NCBI GenBank assembly: GCA_050250935.1
Contig: JBFWNS010000001.1
Coordinates: forward strand, 288,001 to 352,000
Source of the DNA: Candidatus Margulisiibacteriota bacterium
GTDB taxonomy: Bacteria; Margulisbacteria; Marinamargulisbacteria; JBFWNS01
DNA length: 64,000 nucleotides
Reading direction: 5' to 3'
Position 1 is the stretch's first letter. Every line of letters begins with the position of its first letter. The position numbers and the translations under genes are program-made. The notes under the pieces were generated by a model, which was given only the letters and a program-made list of their open reading frames with translations, ran no database searches and was not told the DNA's origin. Shown one piece after another: positions 28,113-36,385 of the stretch.

Positions 28113-28913
28113 ATGTTTATGGGTATACGATCTTGGCTTGGGGGATTCTTTTTACTGCTGCTGGCCACCAGCGTTTATCCCCAATACGACAACAAAAATT
28201 TGCCTGTCATGGACTTTGCGTTGCGGCAGAACCTGCAAAACATGAGGGCCCAACAAACCCAGTACACCACCTTCGTGTTTTATACCATTAATATGGACAC
28301 CCCAGGCTATATCGAGCATGCGTTCTACAACGCCAGGGAAAATGGCATTATCCGTGGAAAAGCCTTCCCACGGTGGCGGGAAAGTGGGGTTAAAGAAACC
28401 AATCGACAACTCGACTTTCTGATCGACGCCGAAAGCCGGGGCTTTTTTACCATTCTTCTGCCCTATGGCATTTTGGGCTACACCCGAGATGGCCGTTTCA
28501 AATTGGGTGAAAATGGGCATTTGATTACCTTTGCAGGGGGATACCCTGTTTTGGGAGAAGAAGGAGAAATCTATTTGCCTATTGGCGACATTGCTGTTTC
28601 AAAATCTGGGGTCCTTTCGGTAAACAGCGACCGGGTTGCCAAGCTTCGTATCGCCGTCATGCCCTCTAAAACCTTGGACCGTATGGTCGAAATCAATGGT
28701 TCTGTGTTTTATTTGTCTGGCAAAGAACCTGTAGAATTGCTTGAAGGAGAGCAATATTATGCAGTTCGACAAGGGTTCCTTGAAGAATCCAACGTGTTAA
28801 AAGCGCTGAATGGTGATATTTTAATCGTTAAGCAGTCCTACGAGGCTTCGACCCGTGCTGTGAAAAGTTTGACCAAGACCATGACCTCGTCGTTCCAAAT
28901 TGGAACCCCCTAG
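28113..28913 (+). CDS. FlgF/FlgG-family rod protein paralog 2, with N-terminal signal peptide
   Basis: MFMGIRSWLGGFFLLLLATSVYP|QY; NMDTPGY, ETNRQLD, YTRDGRF, QGFLEESNV. Confidence 0.82.
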   Translation: MFMGIRSWLGGFFLLLLATSVYPQYDNKNLPVMDFALRQNLQNMRAQQTQYTTFVFYTINMDTPGYIEHAFYNARENGIIRGKAFPRWRESGVKETNRQLDFLIDAESRGFFTILLPYGILGYTRDGRFKLGENGHLITFAGGYPVLGEEGEIYLPIGDIAVSKSGVLSVNSDRVAKLRIAVMPSKTLDRMVEINGSVFYLSGKEPVELLEGEQYYAVRQGFLEESNVLKALNGDILIVKQSYEASTRAVKSLTKTMTSSFQIGTP

Positions 28914-28940
28914 ACCCCCTTATATCAAAGGAGCTCAACC

Positions 28941-29744
28941 ATGATCCATCAGTTATTTATCGCCAAGTCCGGGATGTTCGCGTTTCAACGAAAAATGCAG
29001 GTCATTACCGACAACATTGCCAATGCACAAACACCAGGGTTTAAAGGCAGCCGAACCGAAATGGAGAGTTTGTTCCCCTATATCATGGAACAAACCATTA
29101 CCGAGTTCGAAGACTCGTCGATTCCTGTGGGCGAAAAACGTAAAAAATACATGCAATACGGCCAAGGGGTTCGGGTTAACGATGTGTCCCGGGATCTTCG
29201 CCAAGGTGTTATTGAAATTACCAACCAACCCCTGGACATGGCCATCGAAGGGGTGGGCTTTTTCCAAGTTCGGATGCCCGACGGGACTTTGGCTTACACC
29301 CGTGCTGGCAACTTTAAATCAGACAATCAGGGAACCATTGTGGATCCAAACGGTCACCCACTGGAGCCCTCAGTTCGACTGCCCAACAACATGACGGACA
29401 TTGCCATCACCGACGATGGAAAAATCATGGTCTATGTGAACAACGAAGCCGTCCCTCGCGAGGCCGGACAACTGCTCTTGGCGAAATTCCAAAACCCAGC
29501 CGGCATGAAGTCTGTCGGACAAAACCTCTATGTCGAATCCCCTGCCTCCGGGGAACCCGTTTTTGAAAACCCTGGCCGGAACGACATGGGCCGCATCCGA
29601 GAACGGGCCCTGGAATTCTCCAATGTGGATATTATCGATCAGCTGACCTCGATGATTTTGACCCAGCGTTCTTTCGAGTTGATTATTAAATCGACCAGCG
29701 CGGGTGATGCGATGCTTAAAGCTGCTAGTGATATCGGCAAATAA
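28941..29744 (+). CDS. flgG: Flagellar distal rod protein FlgG (no signal peptide)
   Basis: AKSGMFAFQRKMQVITDNIANAQTPGFK, TNQPLDMAIEG.GFF, YTRAGNF, LEFSNV; RBS AAGGAG. Confidence 0.93.
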   Translation: MIHQLFIAKSGMFAFQRKMQVITDNIANAQTPGFKGSRTEMESLFPYIMEQTITEFEDSSIPVGEKRKKYMQYGQGVRVNDVSRDLRQGVIEITNQPLDMAIEGVGFFQVRMPDGTLAYTRAGNFKSDNQGTIVDPNGHPLEPSVRLPNNMTDIAITDDGKIMVYVNNEAVPREAGQLLLAKFQNPAGMKSVGQNLYVESPASGEPVFENPGRNDMGRIRERALEFSNVDIIDQLTSMILTQRSFELIIKSTSAGDAMLKAASDIGK

Positions 29745-30450
29745 AGCCTGGTTATTCTTTCTGCTATGCTGGGCCAGTTGCACACCGCTTTTTGGGGTTG
29801 CTGTGCCCGATTTTCGCAGCGCGTTGGATCAGCAGTTGTTGGGACATGTTTTGGCGTCGGATTCTCGGCTTACCAGCGAGTCTGTTCGCATTCGGTATAC
29901 GCTTAGCCCCCTTCAAACCCAGCGCATTCAATCGGCGAAAACGGTAACCCTGACCCTCCCCCCAGAAGCCTCTTTGATTGGCAAAACCACCCAAACCCTT
30001 AGCCTAACTCTTGAAACCGAAACCGTGCCGCTTCCCTTGTCGATCGAAATCGACGCTTATGCCCATTTTCTGAAAGCAGCCAGAACCATTCCAGCCAGAA
30101 CCCTCATCGCCACGTCCGATGTTTATGTCGACTTTGAATCGGTTTACGGAAAACCCAAACAGACCTTCGAAAACCCAGCTCAAATTGTGGGTAAACAAAC
30201 CATTACAGTAATCCCAAAATATGCTATAGTGGCGTCGTGGTTTTTACAGGAAAAACCCCTTTTCCTTTCAGGAAAAACCATAACCGTCATCGTCAAAGGA
30301 AAACAAATTTCCATTTCACTACCTGGGATTGCCCTCAACGATGGTTTCAAAAACAAGTCCGTCAAAATCAGAACAAAAGCATACCCTGACAAACTCTTGG
30401 AAGGTGAAGTATTGGATGAAGATCATGTTCAAGTCCTTATTCGCGATTAG
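29728..30450 (+). CDS. flgA: P-ring formation chaperone FlgA
   Basis: Signal peptide, SAF-like AARTIPARTLI..SDV, G.AL.DG; sits between flgG and flgH. Start uncertain. Confidence 0.78.
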   Translation: MISANKAWLFFLLCWASCTPLFGVAVPDFRSALDQQLLGHVLASDSRLTSESVRIRYTLSPLQTQRIQSAKTVTLTLPPEASLIGKTTQTLSLTLETETVPLPLSIEIDAYAHFLKAARTIPARTLIATSDVYVDFESVYGKPKQTFENPAQIVGKQTITVIPKYAIVASWFLQEKPLFLSGKTITVIVKGKQISISLPGIALNDGFKNKSVKIRTKAYPDKLLEGEVLDEDHVQVLIRD

Positions 30451-31030
30451 TTTGGTCTTTTTTTCAGCCTCCTTCTGCCAGGCTGATTCTCTTTGGACCA
30501 CCGGCTCTACGTCGATGTTTGTGACACCCAAAAACAGCACCAAGGTTGGGGACATCATCACAATTCGCATTTCGGAAAGCACCACGGCTCTGCAAGAAGC
30601 CACCACCAAAACTCAGAAACAGTCCGAGCTGGATGCCCAATTGCTCTCTAACTGGGATCAGGTCGCCAACATTTTGGGCAGTGAATCGATTCGAAAGGGC
30701 TATGAGCTCGACATCAAAGGCAACGACTCCTACAACGGTACCGGCCAAACCTCGAGACGAAGCCGGGTGTCCGCCACCATTACAGCCATTGTGACCGAGG
30801 TTTTGGATACTGGGATTTTTTATATCGTTGGTGAACATAAGGTTAAGGTGAATGACGAAGTCGAAACCATCCGTATTTCTGGTTTTGTTCGACCCGAAGA
30901 TGTTAAGCCAGACAACAGCATTGCGTCTTCTCAAATTGCAAAAGCAGAAGTCTCCGTTATTGGGGCAGGGGTTGTTGGGTCGAAACAAACACCCGGTATT
31001 TTAACCAAAATGTTCAACTGGTTCTTTTAA
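30416..31030 (+). CDS. flgH: L-ring protein FlgH
   Basis: DSLW, VGDIITIRISE, ITAIVTEVL, RISGFVRPEDV..DNSI.S.QIA.A, GILTKMFNWFF. Confidence 0.92.
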   Translation: MKIMFKSLFAISLVFFSASFCQADSLWTTGSTSMFVTPKNSTKVGDIITIRISESTTALQEATTKTQKQSELDAQLLSNWDQVANILGSESIRKGYELDIKGNDSYNGTGQTSRRSRVSATITAIVTEVLDTGIFYIVGEHKVKVNDEVETIRISGFVRPEDVKPDNSIASSQIAKAEVSVIGAGVVGSKQTPGILTKMFNWFF

Positions 31031-31031
31031 C

Positions 31032-32129
31032 ATGAAAAAAACAATCGTTCTTTTTTTAATTATTGCGTTGTTAGCCCCTTCTTTTTCGCTTTTTGCCCAG
31101 GACGGAGGCCCAACGGTTCGCCTGAAAGACATCAGTCGAATTCTGGAGGCCAGAGACAATCAATTGATGGGGTTTGGATTGGTTATTGGTCTTCGGAATT
31201 CTGGAGACTCCAAAAACACGGTCTTTACCGATGCAGCTTTAACCAACATGCTCAAAAAAATTGGCTTGCCCACGGGGCCCAAAGAATTTTCTTCGCGCAA
31301 CGTCGCTGCGGTTATGGTCACTGCGACCTTGCCCCCTTTCATCAAAAAAGGACAAAAATTGTCGGTTACGGTTTCGTCTTTGGGGGATAGCACCAGCTTG
31401 GTGGGTGGCACCCTTATTATTACCCCACTCCAAGGGGTCAATGGCAAAATTTATGCGGTTGCCCAAGGAACGGTTTTGGTGGGCGGCTTGGATGGCAGCT
31501 CTCAACAAGGGCGTTTATATCGCAACGAAACCACGGTGGGACGTATCCCAGAAGGGGCCATTGTTGAAGATGTGGTGCCCGTTACCTTTACTGACCAACA
31601 CAACATTACCATTGTAATGCACAACTCGAACTTTATTACGGTTTCCCGGGCCACAAAAGCCATTCAGGATAATGGGTTTCCCGGCGCCAAGGCCATCGAC
31701 GCCAACATGATCAAAGTCCCCTTGTCCGATCTTAATTCTTCCGATTTGGTCAGTACCATTGCCAAACTTGAAAATATTGCAGTTGTTCCCGATTCTTCCT
31801 CCAAAATTGTGGTTAATTCCCGAACTGGAACCGTGGTTATTGGCGATATGGTTCGGCTTTTCCCAGTGGCTGTGACCCATGGCAACATCTCCATTCGCAT
31901 CAGCGACAGCGACAATGGGGGGTTGGCTGCCCTTCAAGGTGGGGGCGCTCAAGAACCCATTCGGGTTGATGAGCCTCAACCTAAAATTATTTTCTTGAAC
32001 CCCAATTCAACCTTGTCTAGCTTGGTGAATGCCCTTAACGAAATTGGGGCTTCACCCAAAGACCTTATCTCGATTTTGCAAGCACTCAAAGAATCTGGTT
32101 CCCTTATCGGAGACCTTGAGGTCCTCTGA
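31032..32129 (+). CDS. flgI: P-ring protein FlgI
   Basis: RLKDI, NQLMGFGLVIGL.NSGD, NVAAVMVTATLPPF, RTGTVV, DLISILQALKESG. Confidence 0.96.
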   Translation: MKKTIVLFLIIALLAPSFSLFAQDGGPTVRLKDISRILEARDNQLMGFGLVIGLRNSGDSKNTVFTDAALTNMLKKIGLPTGPKEFSSRNVAAVMVTATLPPFIKKGQKLSVTVSSLGDSTSLVGGTLIITPLQGVNGKIYAVAQGTVLVGGLDGSSQQGRLYRNETTVGRIPEGAIVEDVVPVTFTDQHNITIVMHNSNFITVSRATKAIQDNGFPGAKAIDANMIKVPLSDLNSSDLVSTIAKLENIAVVPDSSSKIVVNSRTGTVVIGDMVRLFPVAVTHGNISIRISDSDNGGLAALQGGGAQEPIRVDEPQPKIIFLNPNSTLSSLVNALNEIGASPKDLISILQALKESGSLIGDLEVL

Positions 32130-32527
32130 TGCAGCAGTGGATTTTCTGGGCCTTTCTTTTGTCTTTACTTCCCTCGGTTCTTATCGCACAAGATTTCTCT
32201 AGCATGATGCCCATGGATCCCATGGCGATTCAACACCAGAAGTTGAGCCGAAAAGAAAAAAAAGACATCCTGGTTACCTTCGAAGCCCAGATTATCAAAG
32301 AAATGTTTTTAAAACAGTGTATGATCCAAAATATCAGCTTCTTGGACGAAGAAGAAAAGGCCGAAGATGCCGCATTGTTGCAGCAATTCGATATGCAAAA
32401 CGACTACTTCACCGATGCCATGGCCTTAAAACTGGCCAAGCAGGATATTTTTAAGCTCAAAGCCTACTTTAAACGCCGAGGAATCAACCCTGAACAAGCA
32501 CAAAAACAATCAACAGCAAGAAATTAA
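32129..32527 (+). CDS. FlgJ-like rod-binding protein (no muramidase domain) with signal peptide
   Basis: Follows flgI. MQQWIFWAFLLSLLPSVLIA|QD; FEAQIIKEM and DAMALKLA resemble the FlgJ N-terminal rod-binding motifs. Confidence 0.55.
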   Translation: MQQWIFWAFLLSLLPSVLIAQDFSSMMPMDPMAIQHQKLSRKEKKDILVTFEAQIIKEMFLKQCMIQNISFLDEEEKAEDAALLQQFDMQNDYFTDAMALKLAKQDIFKLKAYFKRRGINPEQAQKQSTARN

Positions 32528-32588
32528 TATTTCGAAGCTGCAACACCAGGAAATTCATCAAACCCGAACCGTTATTACAGACGAGTTT

Positions 32589-33266
32589 GTGGCAGAGCAC
32601 ATGTCCATAGTCGAGGCCATTGCCTCCAACATTGCTGGCAGTGGGCGAATTCCCCCTTGCATTGGATTTGACGACTTGGTCAGCTGGGGCATCGAAGGGC
32701 TGATCAAGGCCCACCGCAACTACAAGTCGGACAAAGGGTCTCAGTTCAAAACCTATGCGTTTTACCGCATTCGGGGCGAGATTTTGGACCGAATTCGAAG
32801 CGAATGGCAATACCGAAACCCCCACGAGTACACCGATTACCGCAAAAAACTTCAGGATCGTATTGCCGAAATTGCCGAAGAAGCCTTGGAAGATCCTGCT
32901 CTGGCCGAAAATTCGGCAGCAGCCTACGAGGAAGCGGTTCAAAGCATTGTGGCCAACTCGGCCATTTCTTGCCTGATTTCTTCCGATTCCATCGATATCG
33001 AATCCCATATGGCCGGCACCCGAAACCCTGAAACCGAGTTTTTCGAGGAAGAAGAAGCCTCTTACCGGTTGTTATGGAGCGAAATTAATACCCTAGATGC
33101 CGAAGAAAAAGAATTGGTGGAATTGTTTTATGTTAAAGGGCTCAAACAAAAAGAAATTGCAGCCAAGCTTAATTTTTCCAACAGCAAGGTGTGCCGTTTG
33201 CACATGAAGATTTTGGACAAACTGCGTCGCCGCATGTCCAAAAAAATGACGGAGCCCCAAGCATGA
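32589..33266 (+). CDS. FliA/WhiG (sigma-28)-like sigma factor
   Basis: DDLVSWGIEGLIKA..FKTYAFYRIRGEILD.IR (region 2); GLKQKEIAAKLNFSNSKVCRLH (region 4). Frame is open upstream, so the start may be earlier. Confidence 0.88.
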   Translation: MAEHMSIVEAIASNIAGSGRIPPCIGFDDLVSWGIEGLIKAHRNYKSDKGSQFKTYAFYRIRGEILDRIRSEWQYRNPHEYTDYRKKLQDRIAEIAEEALEDPALAENSAAAYEEAVQSIVANSAISCLISSDSIDIESHMAGTRNPETEFFEEEEASYRLLWSEINTLDAEEKELVELFYVKGLKQKEIAAKLNFSNSKVCRLHMKILDKLRRRMSKKMTEPQA

Positions 33267-33640
33267 AAGTCGTTTTGATGGGCTTATTAATGGCCTTGTT
33301 ATGTCTCGAACCCCTTCAAGCCAAAGCCATCGACCGTGTTTTGTTTGACGATGTTCACGACCATTTGGCAACGGCCATTAATGGCGCAGCCGAAAAACAA
33401 AGCATGTTTTCGTACAACATCGCCAACGCTTCGACCCCTGGGTTTCGACCCGTTTTGAGCCCCGAAGACAGTCTCGAATTTCGAAACCTTGTTCCCGCCA
33501 ATCACCAAGATTCGGACATTATGATTGAATATTTTATGGCCAAATTAACCGAAAACAGGTCTCATCAAAGTGCCTACATTAAACTGTTTACAACAAAAAT
33601 GGGTATTTTGCGCCAGGTTGCGACCTTGGGTAAACGCTAA
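33263..33640 (+). CDS. flgB: Proximal rod protein FlgB with N-terminal signal peptide
   Basis: ATGA overlap with the sigma stop; MKVVLMGLLMALLCLEPLQA|KA; NIANASTPGF; precedes flgC. Confidence 0.85.
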   Translation: MKVVLMGLLMALLCLEPLQAKAIDRVLFDDVHDHLATAINGAAEKQSMFSYNIANASTPGFRPVLSPEDSLEFRNLVPANHQDSDIMIEYFMAKLTENRSHQSAYIKLFTTKMGILRQVATLGKR

Positions 33641-34083
33641 TGAAAAAGGCCGTCGTTCTTTTTTTACTGCTGACACTTGCTTCTCCACTTCTAGCCCAGG
33701 GCTTGGATGATGCGTTTAAAATCAGCATGTCTGGCATTGCGGTTCAAAAATTTCGCCTGCGCCTGATTGCGGAAAATATCGCCAACGTCGCGACGTTGAA
33801 AACCGAAACCGGCCTGCCCTATCAGAAACAGTATGCTGTTTTGCAGCAGCATAAATTTGGGGTTCGGGTTTTGCGGGTTGAAAAAAGCAACGAACCCTTC
33901 CCCATGTACCCCGACGGCGCGGTGATTCAAGCCGACGACGGAGGTTTTGTCCATTGGCCCAACGTTAACCTTCCCGACGAGTACGTGGATTTGGCCTTTA
34001 CAGAAGCCATGTTCGAAGCCAACGTTACGGCTTATAAATCGGCCAAGGCTATGTATCAACAAACCTTGGAAATCTTGAAATAA
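33640..34083 (+). CDS. flgC: Proximal rod protein FlgC with N-terminal signal peptide
   Basis: MKKAVVLFLLLTLASPLLA|QG then LDDAFKISMSG..Q..RL.LIAENIAN, PY, ADDGGFVHWPNVN, FEANV..K.MYQQTLEILK. Confidence 0.9.
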   Translation: MKKAVVLFLLLTLASPLLAQGLDDAFKISMSGIAVQKFRLRLIAENIANVATLKTETGLPYQKQYAVLQQHKFGVRVLRVEKSNEPFPMYPDGAVIQADDGGFVHWPNVNLPDEYVDLAFTEAMFEANVTAYKSAKAMYQQTLEILK

Positions 34084-34096
34084 AGGAGGCTCTTTT

Positions 34097-34738
34097 ATGA
34101 TTGGAAACGTTTCAACAGCTGCAGCATCCGCTTCTTCTGGCCCAGCCATACCAAAACCCTCGCTGGCCGATCTGGATGGCCCTTCTTTTCAAGAAGTTTT
34201 GGACGAAAAAACAGCCAAACAACCCGACCATTCCAACACACAAAATCCGATTCAACACCTGACAAAAGCCGTAGCCGGACCTTCTGCAATTGCCCAATCC
34301 AATTTGGTTGCCCAGGCATTATCCGACGAAATTACCAAGCCTCAACGCAAGTTTCAGGCCGCCAAAAAAGACATCAACGACAACACCCTTTTGGCCCAAG
34401 CCCCAGACAACAACTACGAAAACTGGCAGGCTCAACTTTTTGACAACGCCCCAGCTGCCGTTACCCCTAAAAACGTCGTTAATGAAGCCCAAAAAAGTAA
34501 TAAATTGGATGTGACGCCCTTCCAATTGTTCATGGACAAAGCGGTTGATGCCCTCGAAAATATCAGCCAGATGGAATTTAAGGTAAACGACTTGATCGAC
34601 GGCTATATTCAGGGTAAGGTTTCTATTGATGAAGTGACCATCGCCGCTTCAAAATTAAGCCTCGCTGTTTCCTTTATTACAACTGCCGTCACCACGGCCA
34701 CCCAAACCTTAAAAGAACTTCAACAAATGCAAATTTAA
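34097..34738 (+). CDS. fliE: FliE-like protein with long N-terminal extension
   Basis: C-terminus FQLFMDKAVDAL..GKVSIDEVTIAASKLSLA..KELQQMQI is typical of FliE; lies between flgC and fliF; RBS AAAGGAGG. Confidence 0.8.
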   Translation: MIGNVSTAAASASSGPAIPKPSLADLDGPSFQEVLDEKTAKQPDHSNTQNPIQHLTKAVAGPSAIAQSNLVAQALSDEITKPQRKFQAAKKDINDNTLLAQAPDNNYENWQAQLFDNAPAAVTPKNVVNEAQKSNKLDVTPFQLFMDKAVDALENISQMEFKVNDLIDGYIQGKVSIDEVTIAASKLSLAVSFITTAVTTATQTLKELQQMQI

Positions 34739-34762
34739 CCCTTTCACAGATAAGGACACCCT

Positions 34763-36385
34763 ATGGCCGAAATGGACTTTGACAACGAAAACGATCTTGA
34801 TATTGGCGAACCCCCAAAACCTGCTTCTGGGTTCTCGTTTCGTCGTATTTTTACAACCTTGGCCGTTGTCGCAGGTGTGGTTGCTTTGGGGGCCACGGTT
34901 TACAATTATGTGATTAAAGACGACAGCATTAGCGCCATCAAAGCCAAGGCCCCAGCCACTGCTGAAGCCCCTGAAAAAAAGGAAAAATCTGGTGGTTTTT
35001 TCAGCTCTTCAGATAAAAAGAAAAAAGTAAAATATACCGTTTTATACACACAGTTGTCTCCCGACATCACCACCAGTGCTTTGCGGGAACTCAGCTTTTC
35101 AGACATTCCTTTCGAAACCAAACAAAACGGGAAAAACTTCGATTTGTTAATCGATGAAGACCGCATTGACGAAGCCAAAAACCTGCTGGCCCTCAAGGGA
35201 ATTCCGGGTGGTGAAATTAAAGGCTATCAATTGTTGGACGATTCCCAAACCCTTGGGGTAACGGAATTCGACAAACGGGTTCGGTTTGTAAGGGCCCTTT
35301 CTGGGGAATTGGAAAAAGCCATTACCAAGCTCGATATGGTTGAAGATGCCAAGGTTCAAATTGTATTGCCCGAACAGCGTTTGTTTGCCGTTACCCAACC
35401 CCCCGTCACGGCCTCGGTTTTGATTCGCAAAACCCAGGATGGGGTTCTAACCGACGATGTGGTGTTTAGCATCATTCAAATGGTGGCCAACTCTGTGGAA
35501 AACCTTCAACAAGAAAACATTACGGTTGTGGACACCGAAGGACACGTGTTGTCCGAGGGTATCTTCGAACGCATGGCAGCCAGACGAGCTGGACGCATTG
35601 TACCCAAGCGCCCAACAGCAGCTGTCGAAGAAGCCGTTTCCCCCACCGAAAATGTGGCTCCATCGGCCAATACAGGCCCAACTTTTGCCTCGATTTCCGA
35701 TCTGAATAAATGGTATGCACTTAAAGAACAGTACGAAAAAGACCTGGCCAAGCGGGCCATGCGCCAGTTGGTGGGCATTTTACCGATGGGCAGCTACAAA
35801 GTGGTGATTGCTGCTGATATTTCGCCTGTTATTAAAGACGGCCAAATCGAAGTCCGCCGTCTGACCACCAGCATTGTCGTAGACAGTAGCCGAAACGACA
35901 TTTATTTGGATATTTTAACCAAAAAACAAATCTTCAATACCATTGCAGGTGCCATTGGCTATGTGAAGGGCCGGGACACGATTCAGCTGAACAAGGCCGA
36001 CTTTAGCCTTCTTTCGGCTGCGGAACGCCAACAGATTATGGACGTTTTCATCGACAAAAATTGGAAATATTATTTAAAACTCTATGGCAAATACTGGCCG
36101 TTTGTGGCCGTTCCTGTTGGGGTGTTTGTGGTATACAGCCTTCTGGCAAGCTTGGTGCGCCGGATTCGAGAACGCTTTAAACGCAATGCCGAGGAACTCG
36201 AGGATGATGACGATAACGAAGACCCCGAAGAAGGGGAACCTGACTTTGCCGAACTTCATCAAGAAGTGAATCCTGCCAGGTACACCGAACAAATTAAAAC
36301 CACAGCTGAAAGCAACCCCCAAGTCATCGCCCAATTAATGGAAGAATGGCTTGAAAACGACCAAGAAGAAGAGGTGCCTGCCTAA
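34763..36385 (+). CDS. fliF: MS-ring protein FliF, with shortened RBM3/beta-collar
   Basis: TM1, YTVLYTQL, GYQLLD..LGVTEF..RALSGELEK.I, AKVQIVLPE..F, TASV, second TM helix, NPQVIAQLMEEWL. Confidence 0.9.
   Translation: MAEMDFDNENDLDIGEPPKPASGFSFRRIFTTLAVVAGVVALGATVYNYVIKDDSISAIKAKAPATAEAPEKKEKSGGFFSSSDKKKKVKYTVLYTQLSPDITTSALRELSFSDIPFETKQNGKNFDLLIDEDRIDEAKNLLALKGIPGGEIKGYQLLDDSQTLGVTEFDKRVRFVRALSGELEKAITKLDMVEDAKVQIVLPEQRLFAVTQPPVTASVLIRKTQDGVLTDDVVFSIIQMVANSVENLQQENITVVDTEGHVLSEGIFERMAARRAGRIVPKRPTAAVEEAVSPTENVAPSANTGPTFASISDLNKWYALKEQYEKDLAKRAMRQLVGILPMGSYKVVIAADISPVIKDGQIEVRRLTTSIVVDSSRNDIYLDILTKKQIFNTIAGAIGYVKGRDTIQLNKADFSLLSAAERQQIMDVFIDKNWKYYLKLYGKYWPFVAVPVGVFVVYSLLASLVRRIRERFKRNAEELEDDDDNEDPEEGEPDFAELHQEVNPARYTEQIKTTAESNPQVIAQLMEEWLENDQEEEVPA

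Noticed and set aside
33191..33262. Longer FlgB start given by the ORF track
   Set aside because: It lies inside the sigma gene; the ATGA-coupled start at 33263 gives a clean signal peptide.
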